Shown: positions 10,402 through 23,300 of the stretch, piece by piece
Layout: every line of letters begins with the position of its first letter
How positions within the stretch are numbered: position 1 is the first letter of the stretch
From: Hypanus sabinus
Lineage: Eukaryota
NCBI RefSeq assembly: GCF_030144855.1
Contig: NC_082711.1
Coordinates: 104,098,001-104,162,000, forward strand
Direction: 5' to 3'
DNA: 64,000 nt
Notes under the pieces: generated by a model
Seen by the model: the letters and a program-made list of their open reading frames with translations, nothing else
Told to the model about the DNA's origin: nothing
Databases searched by the model: none
Translations under genes and position numbers: made by a program

Positions 10402-13400
10402 TGTAAAGGGGGATTCTTCTTTTTTCTTTGTTACTGTGTATGTAATCAAAATGGCTTCTTTGTTTTGTTAAAAGCAGGAATGCTTCTTTGTTGCGAGAGA
10501 GTGCTGGAAGCTTGTTTGGGTTAAAATTTACTGATAACGAGAATTGTATTCCTTTGTAAACCAATTGGGATTAATGTTGTTCTTTCTTCTGAGTCTGTAA
10601 GCTATTGTTGGCCGGCTTTTGGGGAGATCGGCGCGAGGGGGTGAGAGAGAGGATGCGATGCTGTAAGCCGGGCGAGGAATGGACCCCAAGCGGGTTTCTG
10701 AGGCCAGGAGGTACTCCGAGGAGAGGGGATGAAGATAGATGTGCTTGGTTGACCACTTCGGATGGTCCTAAGCTGCGAGTTGAGGAGTTCGGAGGGGATC
10801 GAATGGTGGCCAGAAGACTTCAGTAATTGAGCTCCAATGGTTGTGCACGAAGTGGTTTGGACTTTGATAAGTTTGGCGCCTTTTCTTTATTTTTTTCTTC
10901 ATATATACTGTATTGTTATTAATCACTTAGTTATAGTAACCTTTATAAATTGTACTCATTTAATCACATATGGTGTACTGTCTGTTTTTGGGCGAGGCGG
11001 GGACATCACACAGCATCCACACCAGCTGATTACCCAGTTTGGCGGAGCCGAAGGCTGCTCCCCCTAGACGAGAACAAGCTGAGCGAGCCTGAGGCGACCC
11101 AGGGGGTTACATTGTGGGGGCTCGTCCGGGATTGATTTCTATGGAAGCTGTGTGATCACCCTCTTTAGATTATGCCTGCGGCGAAGAGCTGGTATGCCTT
11201 GGTGGGTGTGCGATTGCTGGTTATCACTGCATGTGTGTTGGGTGAGTGGCAGTGCTTGGCTGAGGGAAAGCGACAGGGATTGGTTGAAAGTTTGAGTAGT
11301 CAGGCAGATGACGTTGTTAGAACTGTCGGGCGCAATTACCTTGAAGTGACAGCTGCCAGTTCTGGGAAAGTGCGGGAAAATGTGTGTGGTTTGACTGGAA
11401 GTCAAATGTCGCAGCTGGGGGGCTTATCGTATCCGTGGCAGGAGATTGGTCGAAAGTTTTTAGGGTATCCCTTTTGGCTAGGGGGGGCAGATAAATTGCT
11501 TGCTTGGTGTGATCTGTCAAGGGGATCAGTTGTTCCGTTGATCCGAGAGGTGTTGGGAAACTTAGAGGAGGCCCAGTGGGGGAACGGCTTGGGGTCTCTG
11601 GGAGAGCACATTCCCAGCAATGTACCAAGGAACTCCTGAAAGGAACAGACCCTATTCCTGAAGGCTTAGTGGAACCAAGCACACAGGTATTGTTACGGAT
11701 GGATGGAAGTCAAGTTAAAGCCATCTTCGGCACCGGGGCGCCGGTTAAGTTGCTGTACAGTTCGTTTTATAACCGTTATTATAAGCATTTACCCTTGACG
11801 ACATTGAGGGCACTGGCAATTTGGGGTACCAGTGCCAGTGATTATCCAGACGACGGTTGTTGGTCAGTGAAAATGGAGTTCTTAGAGGCAAATGTGGAGG
11901 TGACTGAGGTTCATGAATTGTTAATGCTGATGTGTCTGGACACTGTTGAGACAGGCAGCGTTTCGGTTCTGGAGAGAACCAATATCCTACTGGTGTGCTT
12001 GGGGGCCTGCCCGGAGGAGGCGGGTGAGCGCTGTTTGGAGGCATTGTCGATGCACCCAGAGTTTCGAGCTGCTTTTGCGGACGTGTGTAGCAGCATTGGG
12101 CCGATACCGAATTCAAACAAGAGCCGGTGGTGGTACGGACTGGGGTAGGTATCTGAGGGTGAGACCCTCTTAGTGGATGCTGCAAAATACCACGAGGGAG
12201 GGGAGTTGACAGCTGAAGACATCTCGGAGAGAGAGAAGTTGTGGCGACTGGCCCCTGAAGCCGTGGAAGATGTAGGCAGCATGTGTGTGGATTATATTGC
12301 GCTGAAGAGGTGCACTGTCAGTGACCAGAATATGGCCCTGAGGGCCGGAGAGGCGATGGCCTGTCTGAGTGGTGTGAAGTGGTTTAAGGTGCTGGATCTG
12401 AGGAGTGGATGTTGCCAGATCCCGATGAGTGGGGCCAACAAGGAGAAGACAGCTGTTATAAATTCCCTAGGAGTCTTCTGGTCCGAAAACTTGCCACAGG
12501 GCATATCTGGAGCCCCTGCAACCTTCCTGCGGGGCAGGTGGAAGACCATAGGGGATGTGGAGGCGTTTGGAGTTTTGGTGTATGTGGATGATCTCTTGGT
12601 ATTTGGATTTGCCTCAGGAGAATATGAAGTGAGGTCATTGCAGGAGTGGCTGAGAACTACAGAGTTAAAGTGTTTTCTGGACACATGCCAGGGCTGGTGA
12701 AGGTCGCAGCTCGTGAGTGACTGTCTCTACAGAATCAAGTTTGAAATGAAGATAGAGAGACTGGAGAAAGTTGATCTGGAAGAAGTCATGAGGAAGAAAA
12801 AGCTGAAGAGAAGTGCCGTGAATACTGAACAGGAGGCTGAAGAGACTGCAGGAGCACTGCAGTCCATGTGTTTCCATTTGGAGAAGATCAAACAGCAGCT
12901 ACCGATCGCAGAAATGAGGAAGAATACAGATTCGATGGATGACGTGCTGGATGTGTGGTACATGCTGCCTTTTGCTGACTTTCCCTCGATTGTGGAAGAG
13001 ACCTTTGGCCCTTCTCTCACTGAGTCAGGTCTAGTGGGGAGGGTTAGCTGTTTGCAGTGTGGGGCATGAGTGAGAGTTTGAGAGAGGAGTTGGTAGTGGG
13101 CCCAAGGTATCCTCAGTTGTGTCCTAGCCTGAAGGGTTTAGCTGAGGGGGTACGGAGGTCTCAGAAGGGTTAGGGAACTCCCAGATAGTTGGCCTATGTA
13201 GCGCCTGAGGAACAGGGCATGAGGTTTACTGTGTGGGGGAGGAGATGTCACTGTTTGTGCTTAGGTTACGGTGTGTTGGCAGGAAAGGTGGCGAGTTATC
13301 GAATAGTCATGAGGACATGACTTTTATTTGATGGGGGGAGATATAAAGGGGATTTCTTCTTTTTTCTTTGTTACTGTGCATGTAATCAAAATGGCTTCTT

Positions 13401-14052
13401 TGTTTTGTTAAAAGCAGGAATGCTTCTTTGTTGTGAGAGAGTGCTGGAAGCTTGTTTGGGTTAAAATTTACTGATAACGAGAATTGTATTCCTTTGTAAA
13501 CCAATTGGGATTAATGTTGTTCTTTCTTCTGAGTCTGTAAGCTATTGTTGGCAGGCTTTTGGGGAGATTGGCGCAAGGGGTTGAGAGAGTGGATGCAATG
13601 CTGTAAGCTGGGCGAGGAACGGACCCCAAGCGGGGGGTCCGAGGCCAGGAGGTACTCCGAGGAGAGGGGATGAAGCTAGATGTGCTTGGTTGACCACTTC
13701 GGATGGTCCTAAGCTGCGAGTCGAGGAGTTCGGAGGGGATCGAATGGTGGCCAGAAGACTTCAGTAATTGAGCTCCAATGGTTGTGCACGAAGTGGTTTG
13801 GACTTTGATAAGTTTGGCGCCTTTTCTTTATTTTTTTCTTCATATATACTGTATCGCTATTAATCACTTAGTTATAGTAACCTTTATAAATTGTACTCAT
13901 TTAATCACATATGGTGTACTGTCTGTTTTTGGGCGAGGCGGGGACATCACACAGCATCCACACCAGCTGATTACCCAGTTTGGCGGGGCTGAAGGCTGCT
14001 CCCCCGAGACAGAAACGAGCTGAGCGAGCCTGAGGGGACCCAGGGGGTTACA
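10402..14052 (+). mobile_element. Non-autonomous Gypsy LTR retrotransposon with two ~710-bp LTRs
   Basis: LTRs 10402-11111 and 13342-14052 are highly similar; PBS at 11115; PPT atggggggaga before 13342. Degenerate gag, PR ([15 protein letters not shown]) and RT ([23 protein letters not shown]); no integrase seen. Confidence 0.92.
11115..11132 (+). promoter_or_regulatory. Primer-binding site, tRNA-Pro
   Basis: TGGGGGCTCGTCCGGGAT, 3 nt after the LTR end; identical to the classical tRNA-Pro PBS. Confidence 0.9.
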
Positions 14053-14114
14053 TCACTAAATACAGATTCTCTGTGCCTTACTAATCTTTATTACAAGGGG
14101 TGATTCTTGTAACA
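14053..14114 (+). mobile_element. Right end (U5) of the split 5' LTR of the retrovirus-like element
   Basis: Ends in tgtaaca, immediately followed by a PBS. Confidence 0.7.
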
Positions 14115-14118
14115 GAAT

Positions 14119-14136
14119 TGGCATCCCTGGGTGGGC
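14119..14136 (+). promoter_or_regulatory. Primer-binding site, tRNA-Asn
   Basis: TGGCATCCCTGGGTGGGC matches the complement of the vertebrate tRNA-Asn 3' end (TGGCGTCCCTGGGTGGGC) at 17/18. Confidence 0.85.
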
Positions 14137-14399
14137 TTGAGGATAAACCACTTTGTTCAGTGAGACACTCGAGTTCAATCACGTAGGTGATGAACAGAGA
14201 GATTTGGGGCTGGGTGGTTGGCAGTTACTAACCCAGGATGAAGAATTCAGGAAATTCTGCATGTCCACAGGACTTCGATAGTTTTGATTGGAGAGGATCC
14301 TTCAGAAATATGTGTTGGGAAGTGGTCACAATTTGAGAAGTCTGCCAGTCACTCTGGGTGTGAAGGGAGAACTGCTGGGGATGCCCTGTGGAAAATCGC

Positions 14400-16040
14400 C
14401 CAAGGAAAGTTTAAACAGTTACAAAACCAGTAGCTTTGGCTTTTTATTGAGGATTTGATAGAATTACAACAAAAAGATCAGGCAGAACAGCACAGATCAG
14501 AAACGGGAAATAAATGTCTGCATAAAGCAGAAGCCGAGCGAGAGGGGTTACAACAGGAAATTCTAGAATATCAGTGTAAAGTAGAAGCCGAGTGAGATAG
14601 TTTAGAAGGAAGACACAAAGGTCTCCAAAAGGAGGTCAAAACCTTTAGAGAAATGGTTACTGATTTACAGTGTCAGAGAGGTATAGACTTGATACATATG
14701 AACCAGTTTCAGCTGAAGTGTGAGAAATTACTTACAGAAAAATGTAAACTAGAGGAAGCAGCTGAACTAGCGAGGGATGAAGTGGAAGAATTAAGGAAAC
14801 AGTGCAGAGATTTAAAGACGGCGATGAATGTAGTTCAGAAATCAGCACAGGAAAGACAGAGTAACACTGGCCACCTTGCAAAGTGTTTAAAGCAGATTCA
14901 AAAGCTGCAGGACCAATTTGCTGCACAGCGAGGAATAAAATGTGCTTTTGGATCTGAATTTTGGTGAATATGGAGATATTAATTGACATGATTCAGCAGA
15001 TGAAGCTGCTAGATACAGTTACGATAATTACCAGGAACCATTTCCCGAGGAACTCCCAGGGACTCCCTACCAACGGAATCCAGTGCTACCGTCTACATGA
15101 TGAGCACCCCTAGTTACTATCAGAGAGGAGTAAGCAAATCAAAATCAGAATATAACACACACCACACCGTTTGGGGTACAGCAGCTTCGAGATATTGCTA
15201 AGGACATCGGGATATGTGTGCTCGGAGACGACCCTCGAGAGCTTTTCCAAGCAACTAGACATTAGAGAATAATTCATAGCCTCAACGATTCTGAGGAAAG
15301 AAGACTGTTTATAATGTGTTTACACCAAAATATACCATCAGCAGTTCCAGATATACAACGACACGATGGGGGAACAAGTGAGGATCTGATGAACGCAATA
15401 GTGACTGTTATGGGAGTTAACAGAGGGGACCTGGTAGGCGTGCTAACCAGATCTGATCAGAGGAGAGGTGAACATCCCACTGCATTTGCATCCCGTTTAC
15501 GGACAGTGTTCCAAGGGGTTTATGGGACAACATTAGAGCGGGACCATTTAGGACCAGAGACCTCAAACAGGTGGCTGAGGACACTGGTGTCTCACTGTAC
15601 TGATAAATCTAAAGAGGCATTGGAAATGTTTGATCCTTCTGAACCCACACGTACTGAGGCATGGGTACTGAGGAAAATGAGGGGAAAGGAGATACAAAGA
15701 CCAGCTCAACCCTTTAATGAGAAAGAGATGCCTGTTAAAAGTCCTGCATACATGATGCTCGGAGAATTGAGGGTAGGGGACCCACCCCAAGGATATCCCT
15801 GCCACGTTATCAAGGGGAGGGAAGGGCAGAGAAATGGAACAGGGCCAGTAACAGGGAGAACTGTAGGTGGAGTAGTTAAACGCTAAAACTCTGGTCAAGA
15901 GGGACACATTAAGAGAGAATGTCCAAACCTGAGACGAGAAAGAACAGAGCAATGCTGTTTCCCTTGGAGGGGTAACATAGATGGAGCCCACAAAATAACA
16001 TGGTGGAGACACCACTGTCCAGGGAATTGTACCCTGAGCC
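14400..16040 (+). pseudogene. gag: gag of the retrovirus-like element (coiled-coil N-terminus, capsid-like region, decayed zinc knuckle)
   Basis: ORFs 14653-14967 (coiled-coil) and 15314-15886; *NSGQEGHIKRECP at ~15883-15925 is a decayed CCHC knuckle. Confidence 0.7.
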
Positions 16041-16069
16041 TCAATGATGGTGTCAGGCCTCACCAATGT

Positions 16070-19000
16070 GGGTTTGTGACACAAGGTTGGATGAAACTGG
16101 AAGACCTCTAGTGAGTGGTAGGGTCGGAGGATGCCCCGTTACCTCTTTATCGGACACTGGAGGATCCCAAACCACCATCAGAACCACTAATATCAATAAC
16201 GTAAATTGGGAAATACAAGGTCAATTGCCCTAAGTGGATTCACAGGACATTCACAAGTGGGACATGTCAGTGTACTGTTGGAGGTAAGGATAGGAGACAT
16301 CGCATTGGAGCATTCAGTAGTGTTGGTGGAATTACCCAGTGAGCAGGAACATGTACTGGGGTGTGAATACATGGCCAAAGTGGGGCTTTGTTTTGACCCA
16401 GTTCAGTGTATGATTTGGCAGATGCCAACTGCCATGAATAACATAACCACATGCAGATCCCAGTAGGAGAATATCAGGATAGAATATGCACAATGGGTGA
16501 AATGTGGATAAAACTGGAGATGAGCAATGATCAGAAGGTGCAGCAAATTATTGCAGAGAACTCAGGGGCATTTGCAAGAAACAAGCATGACTGTGGAAAG
16601 ATGTCTGGCAGTGTGTGCATTCAAGGTCCTGACCTCAAAACACAGAAGCAATATGGGTTTCCCAAAAGAGGAAGATGTGGGTAAGGTAATCAGCTTTGGT
16701 ACACAAGGGGTACTGAGGTCAATAGCCTCCACTAATAACTCATCCATACGGCCAGTGAGGAAACCAGATGGTAGTTGGAGGTTGACAATCGACTATTGAG
16801 AGCTGAATAAAGTAACTCTGTTAACCGCCCCAACTGTAGCAACTAACCCGGAGACAGTGGTCAAACCAATGAAAGAGCACAATGGTTCACAGTTTTTGAC
16901 ATCAATAATGGATTTTAGTCTATCCACTCAAACAAAAGTTTGCATTTACCTTTCAGAGACAGCAGTGTACATGGACTGCCCTACCACAGGGGTTCCATAA
17001 TTCCCCATCTGTTTTTCACTTGAGCCTAGGGGAAAAATTAAAATGATTTTCAAAGCCCAAGTGCTTGGTACAATATGTAGATGATATACTTCTGCAGTCT
17101 GAAACCAAGCAGGAACATTATCAGCTACTGACAGGACTGTTACAATTCTCACTTGCTTTGGGATTTAAGGAAAACCCTAAAGAAGCACAGGTGATGAAAC
17201 AAGAAGTTAGTTACTTGGGAATAGTCTTGACAGCCAGAAAAAGAGAAATTGATAAGGAAAGAGCAGAATAAGTTATGAAACTACCTATTCCCTGAGACCT
17301 GAAAGGGTTGTGGTTATTTCCACTCAAACAGCTCCTTTAGTGGAGTCACTGAAAAACAATGTGGTTGGGAATGGGAACCGGGTCACACCCAGGCCATCAC
17401 AGCTCTGAAGCAAGCATTGGGCACTGCGCCTGCTTTAAAAACCCAAATCCAAATGAAATATTCTCATGGGAGTTGTCTACAACTAATACCACTCTCTCAG
17501 CAGTTCAATTACAGGAAACACATGGGAAGTTAAGACCAGCAGCATATGCATCACACATGCTCTCACTAGTAGAACAGGGGAATCCTGTATGTGAAATACA
17601 CTTGTTAGAAGTTTTCTGGACAGTACGATATTTTGCCTACATTGTGGGACTTAATCCACTTACAATATTGACAGAACACACCCCCATACAATTACTGTAC
17701 GGTGGAAGGATTGAAGATGGTTCAGTAAGAAAAACAGAATTGCTAGGTGGACATTGCTGCTGCAAGAAAGAAATATTAATGTAAAGCGAGTACGCTCTAG
17801 CTGAAAGTTAGCCGGTAACCTGGTGTACCAAGCAAGTGAACATGAGTGTCAGGTTATGATAGCAAATGATCCCATGGGGCCATTTGTATCAACACAAAAA
17901 GGAGGGGGTGGAAGCAGATCAGGGAAAGTAATGGCAGAACAAAGACACAAAGGAAAAAGAAAAATCCTATTTTAAATTTTTTGTAGATGGCCCCTCATCA
18001 GTACAGGATGGTGAGAGGAGAACCTATGTAGAGGATGAACATGGACAGGAAAGGTATAGTATAGCTATAAAGTTACCCAAAACCATGAGTACACAGGCAG
18101 CAGATTTAGCCGCTGTGGCATATGTGGTTAGCCCCCAGAATGTTTTCCGCCAGGATCAGTCATACACTCTGACAGTGTGTGCATTTGTTACAGCCTTACA
18201 GAAAATCTGACTGCAGGATCATTTGTTTCAGCTGACAGAAAGCCCCTCCCATCTGCTGCTCTGTTGCAGTATATATTTGAGGAGACAAAGGGAAAAGAGT
18301 ATGGAGTCATAAAGGTGAAGTCCCACTGTAAATGATCTCCTGAGGAGAACAGAAAAGCGGACAAATTAGCGAAGCAAAGTGCTTTATTTGGGCAGGAATG
18401 GCAGCCACAGGTTGGAGAGATTGGGAGGCAGAAGGAACAACAGATTGCAGTTGTGGATTTAACTGAGGAACAGAAGAAAGATAAAGGATTAAATAAATAG
18501 ATAGAAGGGGCACAGTCTGAAATATACAAAGAGCACAAGGGAGTGTTTGTCAAAGATAGAGTCGTCCTTCATGAAGGAAAGTTTCTGGTTCCAGAGAGAG
18601 GAAGAAACCAGATGATTCATTGGTACCATGATCTATAGGGACACCAACACCCTGGAAAAGATGAAGGAAGTGGACTGGTGGCCTAAGATGAAGGATGAGG
18701 TAGAGCATTATATCAAAAATTGCTTGAATTGTGCACAATATAATCCTGGTAGAAATGTAAAGGAAGGAGCCCTTCGACACACCAGACCAGTGGAAGGGCC
18801 TTGGACTAATTTGCAGATAGATTACGTTAGTTCCTTACCACCCACCCCAGCAGGGTACAAATATGTTCTGGTTGTAATAGATACCTTTACAATGTGGGTG
18901 GAAGCTTTCCCAGTAAAGACAAACACAGGAAAGGCCACTGCAACAATCTTATTGGAAAGGATATTCACTCGCTGGGGACCACCCCAGAATATCGAATCAG

Positions 19001-19445
19001 ATCAAGGCACACATTTACGTCCCACATAATGCAAGATGTGATGGCACTTTTAGGGATCAAGCAGAGGTTTCATATATCTTATAGACCTCAGTCTAGTGGA
19101 ATTGTGGAAACGATGAATCAAACACTAAAAAATATGATTGCAAAAATGGTGCAACAACATGAACAACATGGCAGGTAGTTTTGCCTTATGTTCTGTTGAT
19201 AATATGAAATACAGTGGCATCATCAACAGGTTACACCCCTTATAAACTCATGACTGGAAGGGACATGAGAGGATTAGAGGAGCTGTTATGGTTAGATTTG
19301 TCAGAACCCAAGATTGATGGATTGTGTCAGAAAAGTGGGTACAACAGTTGGTAGAGAGAGTGAAAGAGATCAATTATGTGGCAGCCCACCAAACAGGAAA
19401 GAAGTAACAGAGTAAAGCCTACTTTGAGTGAAAAGTCAATCCCAT
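16070..19445 (+). pseudogene. pol: pol of a retrovirus-like element: PR, RT, tether RNase H, second RNase H, integrase
   Basis: PR SDTGGSQTTI (16150); RT RPVRKPDGSWRLTIDY, LPQGFHNSPSVF (16981), QYVDDILL; tether LRPAAYASHMLS (ORF 17359-17784); second RH FVDG..STQAADL..HSDS..KVKSH..ENRKADKLAK (17978-18385); IN GPWTNLQIDY..IDTFT..SDQGTH..QSSGIVE. Many stops and frameshifts. Confidence 0.88.
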
Positions 19446-19449
19446 TCAG

Positions 19450-19920
19450 ATTCCCATTCCCATTCAGTTATGTCCATACGTGGCCTCCTCTACTGCCATG
19501 ATGAGGCCAAACTCAGGTTGGAGGAGCCGCACCTCATATACCATCTAGGTAGTCTCCAGCCCCATGACATGAACATTGAATTCTCCAACTTCTGGTAATG
19601 CCCTCCCTCTCCCTTCCCCCATTCCAACTGCCGATCACCTCCCTCATGATTCTGCCTTTTTCTACTACCCACAGTGCTTTCCCCTTACATTCCTTCTTCA
19701 CCTTTCTTGCCTATCTTCTCCCTGCTTCCCCTCCCCCTCCCCTTGATCTTTCCTCTTATTGCCTTCTCCTTCCCCCCTCCCCTTCCTTCTTCAGTCCTGA
19801 CGAAGGGTCTCGGCCCGAAACGTTGATTGCTCGTTTCCACAGATGCTGCCCGACCTGCTGAGTTCCTCCATTGTGTTGTACGTGTTGCTTTGACCCCAGC
19901 ATCTGCAGTGTACTTTGTGT
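19450..19920 (+). mobile_element. Penelope-like element 3' fragment
   Basis: Remnant EE.HLIY.LGSLQP..MNIEFSNF* followed by a CT-rich tract and the terminal repeat with a hammerhead core. Confidence 0.75.
19792..19829 (+). ncRNA. Minimal type I hammerhead ribozyme motif
   Basis: CAGTC-CTGACGA-A-GGGTC-TC-GGCCC-GAAAC-GTT-GATTG: core boxes intact, stems I and II can pair, palindromic ACGT stem III. Confidence 0.7.
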
Positions 19921-20342
19921 TTATGACTCAGCAGAGACCTCTAGTGACTGAAGTGATAACTGTAATGAGGAGATCGGTCAGAGACTTGGCAAAACTTGTC
20001 CCTTTAAAAACGAAGAGAATGAAAGCACGCGAGTCTGATGATGGAGGGTATTAAACGAAACAGGAGGCTTGTCATCAAATACCAGATCTGGAAAATAGTT
20101 GATAAGTGGTTCAGGGAATTTCCACATCCTGAAAAAGCATGTGGAACAGACCTGGGCTGAACTAAAACGAATTAAGAATATGCAGAAATTGCATCTGTAT
20201 GATGGCATTTAAATTGTAGCCACCATGTGAACAAGCCAGAAAATAAACCTAATGACACAGCGGGTGGAGGGTGGTGTAGGAGACTACAGCTGGTTGGGAT
20301 GCTATTAAGACCTGGTTGGAACGACAATCGCCAATTCAGGCT

Positions 20343-23300
20343 TGTTGTGATGTGAGTATTATTAAAAGTAAGTTAATACAAATCGTGAAGCTGCTGGTGA
20401 CAAGAGGTTGGTTCCGGGATTGTCGGGGTTTTACTTCCGGTATGCATTGTATGTGGTTCCATCACCCATGCCGCACGAGGTACCTGGAAGCCCCGTATTG
20501 TAAATATCATTTGCCGTCCCAGATAAAGATCTTCTTTTGGCCATAAAATTGTCGAGTGGTCCTTTACCACATTTTTTTGGCGACGAGGTGAACTGGTTTT
20601 GTGAACGTGATGGCCCGTTTCGAACAGCAGCTGTGAGCAGACGAGGAGCCTCGCGTTCCGGTGGCTACGTTCAGGTCTATCGATGAATTTGTGGAGTGAA
20701 AAGAGGACTGGCTGGAGTACAAGGAAAGGTTGGGACACTTTTTCTGTGCTAATGGAATTACTGAGGAGGCTAAGAAGCACACTATTCTCCTGAGTGTGTG
20801 TGGGGTAAAGACTTACAAGCTGATAAAGAACTTAGCCACACCACGGAAACCGGGAGAAATTCCATATGATGAACTGGTCAAGCTCATGGGGAACCACCAG
20901 AATCCTTCGGTGACACTCCAACAGTGTAAGTTTCATAGACATTTCAGGAAGCCGGGTCAGTCTGTGGACAATTTTGTGGCCGAGCTTCGGCAGCTGTCGG
21001 AGCATTGTGATTTCAGAGCCGTGTTGGATGACATGCTCCGTGATAGATTAGTATGCGGCATTAATAATGACATTGTATGATGCCACTTGCTGGGGGAACC
21101 CACCGATGACTTTCAAGAAAGGCCTAGTGTTTGCCCAAGGCATGGAGATGGCTGCTAATAAGGATATGCAGAAAGGACATGGGGGGGTGTCGCAGTCGGT
21201 GGCAGTGTTTTCGGTGTGGAGGGACACACTATGCAAATGTTTGCAAATTCAAAGACACTGTCTGCCATGCTTGTGGCAAGAAGGGACATTTAGCTAAAAA
21301 GTGCAGGAGCATAAAGGGTGAGGTTAAGCCTGGGCAGGGGAAAGCTCAGCAGACTCAGGCAGCCACACACCACCTAGGAGAAGCAGACGAGGAGGCAGCG
21401 TGTGCCCACAACATGTTTGGAGTGGAAACGGATGAGCAACCACCTGAACCACATGGTGCCACAGTTACCGTCAGGGCATTAAGTCTGAGTCAACTACCTA
21501 TACCTGAGGCACTTGCTACTACATATGTGCCTCCAGAGACTGTGTTTTCATTGGAGAGGCTGTCAGAGACACCTGTAAAGGTGACCCAGATCAAGCAGTG
21601 GACAGGAGGGACCCAGTCCTGTGCGAAGTCAAGACTTTCCTTTTACAAGGTTGGCCCAGAGTAGTGGAAGCAGAGGAACTGAGGCCTTATGACAAACGTG
21701 ACAGAACCGAGTCTGCAGGATGGCTGTATTATTTGGGAGGCAAGGGTCATCATGCCTCCCCCTGGCTGTTCACAGATTGTGGAGGAAATTCATGAGACTC
21801 ACCCAGGGGTGTCTCGGATGAAAAGCCTTGCAAGATCCTACGTCTGGTGGCCAAGAATGGATCAGGTTCTGGAGAACAAGGTAAACTCATGCACACAATG
21901 TCAGACCAATCAGAACATGGCACCACCAGCTCCTTTGCACCCATGGGAGTGGCCAGACTACCCCTGGTCTAGGCTACATTTGGACTTTGCTGGCCCCTTT
22001 ATGGGGCAGATGTTTCTTGTAATGGTAGATGCACACTCCAAATGAATAGAAGCTCACATGATGAGCAACATCACAAACCCCTCAACCACAGACAAACTCA
22101 GGCAAGTGTTTGCAGTCCACGGGTTGCCTGACTCTCTGGTCACTGATAATGGCCCGTCGTTCACCACTGAGCTGTTCAGTGAGTTCATGCAGCAAAATGG
22201 CATTCGTCACATTCGGACGGCCCCTTTCCACCCAGCCTCAAATGGTTTGGCTGAGCGGGCTGTTCAGACAGTGAAGGAAGGCCTGAAGCGGATGACAGAG
22301 GACACTCAGCTTTCATGTTTCCTGTTTAAATACTGCCTCACACCGCAGACTACGACTGCACGCACTCCAGCAGAGATACTCAAGATTGGACCTGCTGCGC
22401 CCAGACACGAAGGCAAAAGTGGAGAGAAAGCAGAAAAAGCAGAAGGAGGAACATGATCAAAATACGTGAGAGAGAGACAGTTAAAACCAGATGACAATGT
22501 CCATGTGAGAAACTTCAGCAGTAGCAATAATCAGCAATGACCACCTGGGGTTATTCTTAAGCAGAGTGGTCCAGTCTCCTACGTTGATAAACTGACTGAT
22601 GGACGTGTTTTCCACAGACATCAGGACCACGTGCACCTGCGTCATGATACAGGCTCAGAGGTAGACAGTTCCACGGAGTTTCCCATGGTGAGACAGACTA
22701 CTATGGGAACAGGTCCACCAGTGACTTTGCCGGAGAGAGAGAGAGAGAGAGAGAGACACTGGGAGAGGGATAGGGGTCCCCTGAAGAGGATGGACATTCT
22801 CACACGGGCACACAGACCCCTCTCATGTCCCCAACTCCAGATTCACCCAAAACATCCTCACCAGCGGTGCCTGCTGGGTCACTGGGGGTAGTGCGCAGAT
22901 CACAGCGCACTCGCAAACCTCCCGACAGACTGAATGTTTGACTGGACAGTTTTTGTTGTGTTTGACTGAATGTTGAATCTGCCACGTTTTTCAGGTGTTT
23001 TGTATTGGTAAAATGTTGCTGAGACTCCAGTATAAGTTTCACGGGTATTCAAGATAATGACATCACTGTTTTTATTTCCCAGTTCTTTTCCATTTGGGGA
23101 ATGTTGGAGTTTAAATCGGGAGAAGTGTTGTAATGTGAGCATTATAAAAATAAGCTATTACTAATGAGGATAATGGTAATGTAGCAATACTCCCGCTAGG
23201 GGAAGCTGTTTGTAAAGAGAGGCTGGTTCCGGGGTTGGGGGATTTTACTTCCGTTTTCTTGTCCGGTGTGCATGTGTATAGCTTCTCCGCCATGCAGTAC

